64,000 bases of DNA from Gemmatimonadota bacterium (GTDB lineage Bacteria; Gemmatimonadota; Gemmatimonadetes; Palauibacterales; KS3-K002), in assembly GCA_039586755.1 (NCBI GenBank), contig JBDHJU010000007.1, positions 27,876-91,875 of the forward strand, written 5' to 3'. Positions 9,486-19,129 of this stretch are shown here, piece by piece. Each line of letters opens with the position of its first letter. Position 1 is the first letter of the stretch. A program made the position numbers and the translations under genes. The notes below the pieces were generated by a model, which did no database searches, was not told the DNA's origin, and saw only the letters and a list, made by a program, of their open reading frames with translations.

Positions 9486-10784
9486 GTGACGAGCTCTGAT
9501 CTCTCGGAGCTGCTCGGGCTGCAGCCTACCGGGCAGATCCACTGGGGTCTTCGACGGACCCGTGCCATGCTGCACGGCGTCGGCCGGCCACACATGGCCT
9601 ACCGATCTGTGCACGTCGGTGGGACTAATGGCAAGGGCTCGGTGGCCGCGATGGTAGCCAGCATCTTGAATGCGGCCGGGCGGCGCGTTGGTCTGTACAC
9701 GTCCCCGCATCTTGTCGAGTTCCGAGAGCGGATCCAAGTGGATGGGCGCCCCGTCGATGAGGAGTTGCTCGGCGCGTGTGCTTCTCGGTTGCGCCCGTTC
9801 GTGAAGGAAGGCGCGACGTTCTTCGAGGCGGCTACTGCTTTGGCTTTGCTTTGTTTCGCAGAGGCCGGGGTCGATTTCGCTGTCGCGGAAGTCGGCTTGG
9901 GCGGGCGGCTGGATGCGACGAACGTCCTGCTGCCGGAGGTGGCGGCGATCACCAACGTTGCCTGGGACCATTCCGAATACCTGGGTAACACGCTGTCGGC
10001 CATCGCCGGTGAGAAGGTGGGGATAGCCAAGCCCGGGGTACCGCTGGTCCTGGGGCGTCTCGAGCCGGAGGCGGGCAGGATCATTCGAGAGACCGCGGAG
10101 CGGGTGGGTGCACCGCTTTCCCAGATCGGCTACGATGCCGGTGTGCGGCGCATCAGAATCCACAGCGACCACACCGAGTTGGAGTACGTCGGGCCCGACT
10201 CGGATGAGGCGATCTCTCTGCGTTGCCCCTTGGTCGGCTACCATCAGGCGTGGAACGTCGGGCTCGCCGCACTGGCCGTTCAGAATCTGCCCCGGCCGTG
10301 GCGGCCGGCGCCGGCCGCGGTGCAGAAGGGGATCGCGGATGTCCAATGGCCCGGCAGGTTGCAGATCGAGGAATGCGGCGACCGGACTTGGGTTCTCGAC
10401 GTTGCGCACAACGTTGTCGGTGTGGAAGCGCTCGCGCAGGCGCTCACGACTCTCGATCTGCGAGGTCCACTGGCGCTGGTGGTTGCGATCTTGGGCGATA
10501 AGCCGTGGCCCGAGATGCTACCGCCTCTGTTGGCGCTGGCAGACGTCTCGATCTTTACCGTGGCTCCGAGCTCGCCGCCCGAGAGACGTTGGGACGCATC
10601 AGAAGTGGCAGCGACTATATCGAGTTATCCGGTGGAGGTGATCGAGGATTTCGGGGCGGCTCTGCAGTACGCGTCGCAGGTCGCGTCGACCATCGTAGTG
10701 ACCGGTTCGAACCATACGGTGGGCGACGCGATGCGTGAGCTGGGCATAGCGGTCTCCTTGCTCGACACGAATAAGGTCGGATAG
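9486..10784 (+). CDS. folC: Bifunctional folylpolyglutamate synthase / dihydrofolate synthase
   Basis: 432 aa Mur-ligase fold with P-loop GGTNGKGS. Conserved accD-folC gene pair. GTG start. Confidence 0.85.
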   Translation: MTSSDLSELLGLQPTGQIHWGLRRTRAMLHGVGRPHMAYRSVHVGGTNGKGSVAAMVASILNAAGRRVGLYTSPHLVEFRERIQVDGRPVDEELLGACASRLRPFVKEGATFFEAATALALLCFAEAGVDFAVAEVGLGGRLDATNVLLPEVAAITNVAWDHSEYLGNTLSAIAGEKVGIAKPGVPLVLGRLEPEAGRIIRETAERVGAPLSQIGYDAGVRRIRIHSDHTELEYVGPDSDEAISLRCPLVGYHQAWNVGLAALAVQNLPRPWRPAPAAVQKGIADVQWPGRLQIEECGDRTWVLDVAHNVVGVEALAQALTTLDLRGPLALVVAILGDKPWPEMLPPLLALADVSIFTVAPSSPPERRWDASEVAATISSYPVEVIEDFGAALQYASQVASTIVVTGSNHTVGDAMRELGIAVSLLDTNKVG

Positions 10785-10791
10785 ATTCGCG

Positions 10792-12096
10792 ATGGTGGAA
10801 ATCAAAGGGTTGCCGGGGTTTAGGGATTTCTATCCTGAGGAGATGGCCACTCGCTCGTATTTGATGGGTGTGTGGCGTGATGTCGCACGGCGGTACGGAT
10901 TCGAGGAGTACGACGGGCCGCCGCTCGAGGCGCTGGAGCTCTACACCCGCAAGTCGGGCGAGGAGATCGTCCAGCAGGCCTACGAGTTCGAGGACAAAGG
11001 TGGGCGCCGGGTCGCGCTCAGGCCCGAGATGACGCCGACCCTGGCCCGGATGGTTGGGGCGCGGGCGGCGGCACTTCGCAAGCCCGTCCGCTGGTTCTCG
11101 GCGCCGCAGCTCTTCCGCTACGAGCGCAAGCAGCGTGGTCGCACGCGGGAGCACTTCCAGCTCAACCTGGACATCCTCGGAGAAGAGGATGTGCTGGCCG
11201 ATGCTGAATTGCTCGCCGCAGCTATCGACATCATGCGTGCCACGGGGCTCGATTCGACCCAGGTCAGGGCACGGGTCTCGGACCGCCGTGTGCTGGCGGC
11301 GATCTTCCTGCACCTCGGCGTGCCAGAGACGAAGCTCGAGTCCGTCTACGCGGTCGTCGACAAGTTGGAACGCGAGCCTCGTGAGCGACTAGATACCAGG
11401 CTAGCCGACCTCGGCCTCGAGCCGGAAACGATTGCCGGGGTGTTCGAGGCTACTGAGCTTCGGGGCATCGCCGACCTCGAGGCTCGGTTCGGCGACGTCC
11501 CGAGCGTTGCCAAGCGCGTCGCTGAACTCGCTACCTATCTCGAGCACCTCGAGAACTTGGGTGTCGTCGAGTTCGTCGATATCGATCTCTCGGTGGTTCG
11601 CGGGCTGGCCTACTATACCGGTATCGTCTTCGAGTTGTGGGACGCAGCTAGACAACTGCGCGCCATCTGTGGCGGCGGCCGCTACGACGATCTCCTGGGG
11701 TTGATCGCCGGCGTCGACCTGCCGGCACTCGGGTTCGGGATGGGCGATGTCGTGCTCACCGAGTTGCTGCGCGACCATGGGTTGCTGCCCGAGCCCGGTC
11801 GATCGCTCGACTGCTTCGTCGCCTGGCTCGGTGCCGACGGCCGCCGCCAGGCGCTGCGGGCCGCTCGAACCCTCAGGTCGGCGGGCCTGTCGGCGGTCTT
11901 CGAGTTCCGTGATCGCCGTCTCGGTAACCAGTTGAAGAGCGCCGACCAGCTGGGCGCGCGGCGCGCAGTGATCATTGGACCGCAGGAAATGGAGGCGAGC
12001 CAGGCTCGGATACGTGACATGTCGACGGGTGAAGAACGCGTCGTACCCTTGGACGAGTTGGGCGCGACGCTGGCCGCGGAGCTGGGCGATGGCTAG
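10792..12096 (+). CDS. hisS: Histidine--tRNA ligase
   Basis: 434 aa. Class II aaRS motifs. N-terminus MVEIKGLPGFRDFYPEE and GGGRYDDL motif are typical HisRS. Confidence 0.9.
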   Translation: MVEIKGLPGFRDFYPEEMATRSYLMGVWRDVARRYGFEEYDGPPLEALELYTRKSGEEIVQQAYEFEDKGGRRVALRPEMTPTLARMVGARAAALRKPVRWFSAPQLFRYERKQRGRTREHFQLNLDILGEEDVLADAELLAAAIDIMRATGLDSTQVRARVSDRRVLAAIFLHLGVPETKLESVYAVVDKLEREPRERLDTRLADLGLEPETIAGVFEATELRGIADLEARFGDVPSVAKRVAELATYLEHLENLGVVEFVDIDLSVVRGLAYYTGIVFELWDAARQLRAICGGGRYDDLLGLIAGVDLPALGFGMGDVVLTELLRDHGLLPEPGRSLDCFVAWLGADGRRQALRAARTLRSAGLSAVFEFRDRRLGNQLKSADQLGARRAVIIGPQEMEASQARIRDMSTGEERVVPLDELGATLAAELGDG

Positions 12097-12484
12097 CGGC
12101 GGCCGGCAGGCGGCGCGGCGTGCGGCGCGAAAGCCGAGTGTGCGCGAGCGCTGGGAGGCGACAGCGGTGGATGAGGACGCGGCGCTGGAAACGATGACCG
12201 ATGAGCTGCTCGACCGGGTAGTGGGCCCCGCCTGGGAACGGCTCGGTCCGTTGAGCGCTGGAGCTGTTGCGGGCAGCGTGGCTATCGTGAGCGCGAGAGG
12301 GCTGCTGCGTCGGCTATTGGGCCGGCGCTACGGCCGGATTATCAGTTGGGTGGGAGCAGTTGCACTTGTACCGGTGGCCCTCTGGCTGCTCTCTGGAGAT
12401 CCACGAGTGAGGGACACGAAGCCGCAGGCCGACGATGAGGAGACGAGCCTGCCAGACGGAGACCGAGAGAAACTCGATGGCTGA
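12089..12484 (+). CDS. Hypothetical small membrane protein
   Basis: ATG overlaps the hisS stop (GATGGCTAG). Predicted TM helix ISWVGAVALVPVALWLL. No family recognised. Confidence 0.45.
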   Translation: MASGGRQAARRAARKPSVRERWEATAVDEDAALETMTDELLDRVVGPAWERLGPLSAGAVAGSVAIVSARGLLRRLLGRRYGRIISWVGAVALVPVALWLLSGDPRVRDTKPQADDEETSLPDGDREKLDG

Positions 12485-13934
12485 AGACAAGGTGCTGACC
12501 CCGCGGAGCGAAGATTTCTCCGCTTGGTACAACGGAGTCGTCCAGCGAGCCGAGCTGGCAGGGCACTCACCGGTGCGCGGCTGCATGGTGATCCGCCCGC
12601 ACGGCTACGCGATCTGGGAGCTCATGCAGCGGGCCCTGGACGGGATGTTCAAGGCCACAGGTCACCAGAACGCCTACTTCCCGCTCTTCTTGCCCCAGAG
12701 CTTCTTGCAAAAGGAGGCCGAGCACGTCGAGGGGTTCGCGCCTGAGATCGCCTTGGTTACACACGGAGGCGGTAAGGAGCTCGAGGAGCCGCTCGTCGTG
12801 CGCCCGACGTCGGAAGCCATCATCTGGCCGATCATGGCCGACTGGATCCAGAGCTACCGTGACCTGCCGATGTTGATCAACCAGTGGGCGAACATCGTTC
12901 GCTGGGAGATGCGGACCCGGCCGTTCCTGCGGACGCTCGAGTTCCTCTGGCAGGAGGGGCACACGGCCCATGCCACTTGGGACGATGCGCAGCGCGAGAC
13001 GCTGCTGATCCTCGGGTTATACCGGCAGTTCATGGAGGAGTATATGGCCATGCCGCCGGTGACCGGGATCAAGACGGAGTGGGACAAGTTCGCCGGCGCC
13101 GACCGCACTTACGCCTGCGAGGCGATGATGCAGGACAACTGGGCGCTACAGGCGGGCACATCGCACAACCTCGGCCAGAACTTCGCCCGCGCCTTCGACG
13201 TGAAGTACCAGACGGAAGACGGCGCGCACGATTTCGTTTGGAGTACGTCCTGGGGGGTATCTACGCGCCTGGTCGGTGGTCTCGTGATGACGCACAGCGA
13301 TGACACCGGTCTCGTTCTGCCGCCGAAATTAGCTCCGATCCAGGTGGTCATTGTGCCGATCTGGAAGTCGGAAGAAGAAAAGACGCGCGTCCTGGAAGCC
13401 GGCGCGCGGCTGGAGAAGACTCTGAACGGTGATTTGCGTGTCAAGTTCGACGGCCGCGACACTCTGAACCCCGGCGCCAAGTACTACGAGTGGGAAGGGA
13501 AGGGCGTGCCCATCCGCATCGAGATCGGGCCCAAGGACCTGGCAAAACAACAGGTCATGGCGGTGTTGCGCGTCTCGAAAGATCCCAAGGCACGGAAGAT
13601 CCCGATCGCCGACGGCGATGTGGTCGCCAGAATCCCCGCGCTACTCGATGAGATGCAGGCTGCCCTGCTCGATGCAGCGCTGCGGCGGCGCGAGGAAAAC
13701 TCCTACCGTGGCGTGACCGATTACGAAGAGTTTAAGCGCATTATCTCTTCCGGCGGCGGATTCATTCACACCGGCTATTGCGGGGCCGAGGAATGCGAGA
13801 CGAAAGTCAAGGATGACACCAAGGCCACCGTTCGGGTGATACCCGATGAAGACTTCGCCAGCGACGAGGTGCCGGACAAGTGCATCTGCGGAGGGCCGGC
13901 GGAGACGGAGGTGGTTTGGGCGCGGGCGTACTGA
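12477..13934 (+). CDS. proS: Proline--tRNA ligase, archaeal/eukaryotic-type (class II, no editing insertion)
   Basis: MAEDKVLTPRSEDFSAWYNGVVQRAELA..VRGCMVIRPHGYAIWE is characteristic of the archaeal-type ProRS N-terminus. C-terminal zinc-binding CGAEECE...CICGG. Confidence 0.9.
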   Translation: MAEDKVLTPRSEDFSAWYNGVVQRAELAGHSPVRGCMVIRPHGYAIWELMQRALDGMFKATGHQNAYFPLFLPQSFLQKEAEHVEGFAPEIALVTHGGGKELEEPLVVRPTSEAIIWPIMADWIQSYRDLPMLINQWANIVRWEMRTRPFLRTLEFLWQEGHTAHATWDDAQRETLLILGLYRQFMEEYMAMPPVTGIKTEWDKFAGADRTYACEAMMQDNWALQAGTSHNLGQNFARAFDVKYQTEDGAHDFVWSTSWGVSTRLVGGLVMTHSDDTGLVLPPKLAPIQVVIVPIWKSEEEKTRVLEAGARLEKTLNGDLRVKFDGRDTLNPGAKYYEWEGKGVPIRIEIGPKDLAKQQVMAVLRVSKDPKARKIPIADGDVVARIPALLDEMQAALLDAALRRREENSYRGVTDYEEFKRIISSGGGFIHTGYCGAEECETKVKDDTKATVRVIPDEDFASDEVPDKCICGGPAETEVVWARAY

Positions 13935-13990
13935 TCGGTAGCCGGTAACCGGTAGCCAGTGTGGCCTTCACCGGCCACCGGTCACCTCTC
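13935..13990. repeat. REP-like palindromic element (CCGGTAGCCGGTG family), copy 2
   Basis: cggtagccggtaaccggtagccagtgtggccttcaccggccaccggtcacc. Shares the ACCGGTAGCC.GTG / CCACCGGCCACCG arms with 9350-9428. Confidence 0.6.
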
Positions 13991-14005
13991 GAACGAAGGG
14001 ACGGA

Positions 14006-15571
14006 ATGCTCAGCAGCACCTTACCCAAAGACCGCATACTGATCCTCGACTACGGGTCGCAGTACACCCAGCTCATCGCCCGGCGCATCCGCGAGGAACG
14101 GGTCTACTGCGAGATCCACCCGCCGACGCACCCGACCGCGTGGGTGAGGGAGTGGGGGCCCAGCGGTGTGGTTCTGTCGGGTGGGCCGGCGAGCGTCTAC
14201 GGCGACGATGTGCCTACGGCGGATGCCGAGTTGCTCGAGCTCGGCGTTCCGGTGCTCGGTATCTGCTACGGTATGCAGCTCATAGCACAGCTGGTCGGCG
14301 GTGTGGTCGAGAGCGCGACGAGGCGCGAGTACGGGCGTGCCGAACTCGAGGTCATCGAGCCCAACGACCTGTTCGACGGGTTCGCCCCTGGCGAGCGCTC
14401 CACGGTCTGGATGAGCCACGGTGACCGAGTCGAGAAAACGCCGTCCGGGTTCGAGGTACTGGCTGCGACCGACACGGTGCCGGTAGCGGCATTCCGCGGC
14501 ATTGACCGTCCCATCTTCGGCGTCCAGTTCCACCCCGAAGTCGCCCACACGGCGCGCGGCGGTGAAATCATCTCGAACTTCCTTTTCCGCGTGTGTCATT
14601 GCGAGCCGAGCTGGACGGCGGGCTCGTTCATCGAGAATCAGGTGAAAGGAATTCGCGAGCAGGTCGGCGATCGTGGGCACGTGATCTCGGGGCTGTCGGG
14701 TGGCGTCGATTCGTCGGTGGCAACCGCCCTCGTGCACCGTGCAGTCGGCGACAAGATGACGTGCATCTTCGTCGATACCGGACTGCTGCGAAAAGGCGAA
14801 CGCGATTGGGTCGCCCGCACCTTTCGTCAGCATTTGGGCATCGAGCTGCGGGTCGTAGATGCGTCCGACACGTTTATCAACCGGCTGGCGGGCGTGGAGG
14901 ACCCGGAGGAGAAGCGTCGGATCATCGGCCATACGTTCATCGAGGCGTTCGAGGGCGAAGCCCGTTCGATCGGCTCCGAGGTGCGGTTCCTCGTCCAGGG
15001 CACGCTCTATCCGGACGTCATCGAGTCGCTCTCGGTGCGCGGGCCCTCGGATACGATCAAGACTCACCACAATGTCGGTGGCCTACCCGAGGATTTGCCG
15101 TTCGAGTTGATCGAACCTCTGCGCGAGCTGTTCAAAGATGAGGTACGCCAGGTTGGACGTGAGCTCGGACTGCCCGAAGAGCTCGTCGGACGACACCCGT
15201 TCCCGGGCCCCGGACTCGCCGTTCGCGTCGTGGGCGATGTGACGCGGGAGCGACTGGCCGTACTGCGCGATTCGGATGCCATCTACCTGGAGGAGATCCG
15301 CGCCGCTGGGCTCTACGACGAGATCTGGCAGGCGTTCGCCGTCCTGCTGACCGTGCACTCGGTCGGCGTCATGGGCGATGGCCGTACCTACGAGAACGTC
15401 ATCGCGCTGCGTGCGGTGACCAGCCGGGACGGTATGACCGCCGACTGGTACCAGTTCCCTCACGAGGTACTGGGCCGGATCGCCACTCGTATTATCAATG
15501 AAGTCGCAGGAATCAATCGGGTCTGCTACGACGTGAGCTCGAAACCGCCGGCGACCATCGAATGGGAGTGA
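14006..15571 (+). CDS. guaA: GMP synthase (glutamine-hydrolysing)
   Basis: [20 protein letters not shown] GATase start, [10 protein letters not shown]-loop, C-terminus KPPATIEWE identical to E. coli GuaA. ORF track starts 13961. ATG 14006 fits the homologue N-terminus. Confidence 0.95.
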   Translation: MLSSTLPKDRILILDYGSQYTQLIARRIREERVYCEIHPPTHPTAWVREWGPSGVVLSGGPASVYGDDVPTADAELLELGVPVLGICYGMQLIAQLVGGVVESATRREYGRAELEVIEPNDLFDGFAPGERSTVWMSHGDRVEKTPSGFEVLAATDTVPVAAFRGIDRPIFGVQFHPEVAHTARGGEIISNFLFRVCHCEPSWTAGSFIENQVKGIREQVGDRGHVISGLSGGVDSSVATALVHRAVGDKMTCIFVDTGLLRKGERDWVARTFRQHLGIELRVVDASDTFINRLAGVEDPEEKRRIIGHTFIEAFEGEARSIGSEVRFLVQGTLYPDVIESLSVRGPSDTIKTHHNVGGLPEDLPFELIEPLRELFKDEVRQVGRELGLPEELVGRHPFPGPGLAVRVVGDVTRERLAVLRDSDAIYLEEIRAAGLYDEIWQAFAVLLTVHSVGVMGDGRTYENVIALRAVTSRDGMTADWYQFPHEVLGRIATRIINEVAGINRVCYDVSSKPPATIEWE

Positions 15572-16338
15572 GCGTGGCAGCCGTCGCACTTACCGATCTG
15601 GTCACCTACCTCGACGGTTACCTCGACCTTGCCGGTGTCCCCGATTACCCCGACGCCTGGAACGGGCTGCAGGTCGAGAACAGTGGGAAGGTAGAGAAGA
15701 TTGCCGCCTGCACCGACGCTTGTCAGGCGACCTTCGAGGCGGCCGCCGCGCGGGGTGCCGATCTGCTACTCGTGCACCACGGTCTCTTTTGGGGTAAGGG
15801 CGTCACGCCGCTCACCGACCGCCGTTACCACCGCGTGCGGCAGCTGATCACAGCCGATATCGCTCTCTACTCGGCTCACCTGCCCCTCGATGCGCACCCC
15901 GAGGTCGGTAATAACATTGAGCTAGCGCGTGGGATTGGACTCGCTGTCGAGGGTGGCTTCGGCGAGTACGAGGGTCATGCGACAGGGTTCTGGGGCGAGT
16001 TGCAGGTGAGCCGCGGTGAGCTGAGCACGCGGCTGGAGAAGCTGCTGGAATCCAAACCCTTCCTGATTCCCGCCGGGCCCGAGGAAGTGCGCCGCCTCGG
16101 TGTGGTGACGGGCGGAGGCGGAGGCATAATCTCGCAGGCACACGATGCGGGGCTCGACACGTTCGTCACCGGCGAGGGACCCCATCACAGCTACTTCGAT
16201 GCTCAGGAATGGGGGCTCAACGTCTTTTTCGCCGGGCACTACGCGACGGAGACACTCGGCGTGAAAGCCCTCGCCCGCCATCTGGCTGAGAAGTTCGGGC
16301 TGGATTGGGAGTTCATCGACCATCCGACGGGGCTTTAG
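15562..16338 (+). CDS. Nif3-like dinuclear metal centre protein (YqfO/YbgI family)
   Basis: 258 aa. NGLQVEN...[12 protein letters not shown] motif typical of NIF3/DUF34. 10-nt overlap with the guaA stop. Confidence 0.75.
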   Translation: MGVSVAAVALTDLVTYLDGYLDLAGVPDYPDAWNGLQVENSGKVEKIAACTDACQATFEAAAARGADLLLVHHGLFWGKGVTPLTDRRYHRVRQLITADIALYSAHLPLDAHPEVGNNIELARGIGLAVEGGFGEYEGHATGFWGELQVSRGELSTRLEKLLESKPFLIPAGPEEVRRLGVVTGGGGGIISQAHDAGLDTFVTGEGPHHSYFDAQEWGLNVFFAGHYATETLGVKALARHLAEKFGLDWEFIDHPTGL

Positions 16339-16349
16339 GATGGGAATCC

Positions 16350-16491
16350 GGGAATTCGGCAATCCACGACTACTCGATTAATAGACCAATAGACGATTCG
16401 ATTTGAGAATGTGACCGCGAGAAGCCGTCGATTCCTGGTTCAGATGCTCCTTGGATCAAGACTTCAAGAAGTCATGGATTGCCGAATTCCC
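16350..16491. repeat. 142-bp element bounded by 22-bp terminal inverted repeats; fills a convergent intergenic gap
   Basis: Left arm gggaattcggcaatccacgact (16350-16371) pairs with right arm agtcatggattgccgaattccc (16470-16491), 21/22 match. About 100-bp comparatively AT-rich core. Abuts the stop codons of nif3 and the minus-strand lipoprotein. Confidence 0.65.
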
Positions 16492-16492
16492 A

Positions 16493-16909
16493 CTACCCCT
16501 CTCCCTCTTCCCCAGCCGAGTCCACCCCTTCAGGGTACCTGATCCGTTCCTCGATCTCGCTCCAGACCTCGGCAAGGTATTCGGCGTCTTCCCTATGACG
16601 GCGGCCGAATTCGAGCAGGTCGTCCTCCGTCAAGCCGCGGCGCGCGAGGATCGCGCGAGCGGCTTCCGTGGCTGCAAAGGAATCCTCGGCGAGCTCAGCT
16701 GCCAAGAGGATCTCTATGTACGTGTCGACGTACTCCTGACGGCCGATGCCGATCTGCTGGTCGTCCTCGCCGTTCCGACAGGCGGCGAGCGAGAGCAGGG
16801 CGCTCAGGGCCACTAAGGCCCCGAGCGCCCTGCGCTCGCTGCGAACCCGCGTCCGGCTCAGCGCGACGCCGCCTTCGCGTCGGCGTCCGAGTAGCGGTAG
16901 AAGAACCAC
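16493..16909 (-). CDS. Hypothetical lipoprotein
   Basis: Signal peptide with lipobox LSLAAC, acidic C-terminal region. 5' end overlaps OPT gene 3' end by ~50 nt, so true start may be an internal GTG/ATG. Confidence 0.5.
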   Translation of the reverse strand: MVLLPLLGRRREGGVALSRTRVRSERRALGALVALSALLSLAACRNGEDDQQIGIGRQEYVDTYIEILLAAELAEDSFAATEAARAILARRGLTEDDLLEFGRRHREDAEYLAEVWSEIEERIRYPEGVDSAGEEGEG

Positions 16910-18861
16910 AGGACCAGCGGGAACACCAGGAGCCCGAGCAGGCCCTGGATCAGTGGGTTACTGATGATTACCGGGAGCGTTATGTTGGCGACGATCAAGC
17001 CTGCAATGATCACCCCCATCAACGCTTCGCCGGCCACGAATCCGGAGGCCACCAGGATGCCCGTGTTCGTGGCACGCTCCATAGCGTGATCCGGGTACTT
17101 CTTCGCCATGAGGATCCTGTCGACGATCCACTTGAACACACCGCCGACGAAGATGGCGAAGGTGCTGTAGATCGGCAGGTACATGCCGACGGCGACCAGC
17201 ATCGGCGAGGGTGCCCTGACCAAGATGAGCATGACGCCGAACAACATGCCTGCCAGGAAGAGCGGCCAGACCATCTCGCCGCCGACAATGCCCTGGCTGA
17301 CCAGCGCCATGAGGCCCGCCTGCGGTGCCGGCAGCGCCAGGCTCGGGTCTGCGCCGGGTGCACCGGCGAAACCATAGGCGCGGCCCAGCAGCCAGAGCGC
17401 GACACCGAGAGCCGGTGCCGCGAAGACTACCGCGATGAGCTCACCTTTTTGCATCGATGACGGTGTGCCGCCCAAGATGTGGCCGACCTTCAGGTCCTGC
17501 ATCATGTCGCCGGCGATTCCCATGGCGCAGCATACGACGGCTGCCACACCGAGCACCGCCATCACGCCCTGGTCACCGGTCAGGCCGATGGCCACCATGA
17601 GCAGCGCCGCCAGGATCAGGGTCGTTAGCGTAAGACCGCTGATCGGGTTGTTACTGCTCCCGATCACGCCCACCAGGTAGCCGGCCACGGCGGCGAACAG
17701 GATCCCCGCCACTACCATCACGATGGCAGCGACAAACGAGCCACCGAAGCTCTCGCTGAAGTAGTAGTAGAGGACCCAGATCGGCACGAGCAGGCCGAGG
17801 ATCCCGAACACGACCCAGCGGTATCGGAGGTCCTGTTCTGTACGGTTCTCCGGTTCAGCTCCTTTTACCTGCTTGACGTCCGCCAGCACCCGGCCCATGC
17901 CGGTCAGCAGGCTCTTCCGCATGCTCCACAGCGTCCAGAAGGCGCCGACGACCATCGTCCCCACAGCCAGCGGGCGTACCATCGTCTGCCACACCACGTT
18001 CTGTGCCACGGCGGCCCAGCACGGCGCCGCTGCCTGATTGGCCGTGCACCAGGCCGGATCGGTGGCCAGGGCCACGAGGTCGCGGTTCACAAAGCCCATC
18101 ACCGGCGCCAGGCACCACCAGCCGAGAACGCCGCCTGCGAAAACCACCGCCGCCAATCGCGGGCCGATGATGTAGCCGACCCCGAGCAGGGCGGGTGATG
18201 CCGAGGGGGTGGAGAGATAGATACCGCCCGTGTACGTCTCGGTCAGGTTACCGCCGGCGACGCGGGCCTGACCCCATGACCAGAAGCCCGTCATGTTCCT
18301 GAGCAGCACGCGAACGCCGGAAGCGTTTCTGATCACCTCGAGGAACGCGGCTGTGAGGCCGGCGATCACCAGGTACTTGCCCCCGGTCGATCCTTTCTGG
18401 CCCGCCTTATGGATCTCACCCGCGGCCACCGATTCGGGGAACGGCAGCCCCGCATCCTCAACCAGCGTGCGGCGCAGGATGATGACGAAGAACACGCCGA
18501 GCATGCCGCCGATCAGCATGATCACGACGGAGAGCCCGATGTTGACGCTCTCCCAGACGCCGGCGATCACGAAAGCCGGGATCGTGAAGATCGCGCCCGC
18601 CACCAGCGCTTCGCCCACTGAGGCTGTGGTCCGTGCGACGTTCTCTTCGAGGATCGTGCCGCCCATCGGTCGCAGCATGGCCATGGCGACGACCGCCGCC
18701 GGGAAAGTCGCAGCGATCGTCAGCCCGGCCACCATGCCGATATAGGCGTTGGCCGCGCCCAGGATGACCGCCATCACTACACCGAGCACCACGGCGCGGA
18801 GCGTGAACTCCTTCATCCGCGTGTCTGCCGGTACGTAGGGGTCGTAGGGTTTCGGATCCAT
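16858..18861 (-). CDS. OPT family oligopeptide transporter
   Basis: ORF track gives 16858-19755 (965 aa), but homology starts at MDPKPYDPYVPADTRMKEFTLRAV (ATG 18859-18861) with GGAGGA RBS 7 nt upstream. About 668 aa, multi-TM OPT-like. The upstream 300 codons are a high-GC artefact overlapping the RDD gene's upstream region. Confidence 0.8.
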   Translation of the reverse strand: MDPKPYDPYVPADTRMKEFTLRAVVLGVVMAVILGAANAYIGMVAGLTIAATFPAAVVAMAMLRPMGGTILEENVARTTASVGEALVAGAIFTIPAFVIAGVWESVNIGLSVVIMLIGGMLGVFFVIILRRTLVEDAGLPFPESVAAGEIHKAGQKGSTGGKYLVIAGLTAAFLEVIRNASGVRVLLRNMTGFWSWGQARVAGGNLTETYTGGIYLSTPSASPALLGVGYIIGPRLAAVVFAGGVLGWWCLAPVMGFVNRDLVALATDPAWCTANQAAAPCWAAVAQNVVWQTMVRPLAVGTMVVGAFWTLWSMRKSLLTGMGRVLADVKQVKGAEPENRTEQDLRYRWVVFGILGLLVPIWVLYYYFSESFGGSFVAAIVMVVAGILFAAVAGYLVGVIGSSNNPISGLTLTTLILAALLMVAIGLTGDQGVMAVLGVAAVVCCAMGIAGDMMQDLKVGHILGGTPSSMQKGELIAVVFAAPALGVALWLLGRAYGFAGAPGADPSLALPAPQAGLMALVSQGIVGGEMVWPLFLAGMLFGVMLILVRAPSPMLVAVGMYLPIYSTFAIFVGGVFKWIVDRILMAKKYPDHAMERATNTGILVASGFVAGEALMGVIIAGLIVANITLPVIISNPLIQGLLGLLVFPLVLWFFYRYSDADAKAASR

Positions 18862-19129
18862 CGAGATCCTCCTCGAGGTGTGGGATTCCGCTCTGTCGGT
18901 AGTGGAGCCCACTCCCACCGCCCTCACCACCGAGCGCGCTTTCTGATTGGGTAATTGTGAAGCCGCGACAGGGTAGGACGCCGTCGGCGGCGTGTCAAGC
19001 GCGGGGGGAACCGGGCACCCCGGGGCGCTGGTTTCGAGGCCGCCGCTCCCGTATTCTAGTACGAAAGCACAGACAGCCTCGAAGTGCGCACCCCGAATGC
19101 AAGCTCCCCGGAGGAGGGCCCAATCGTAC

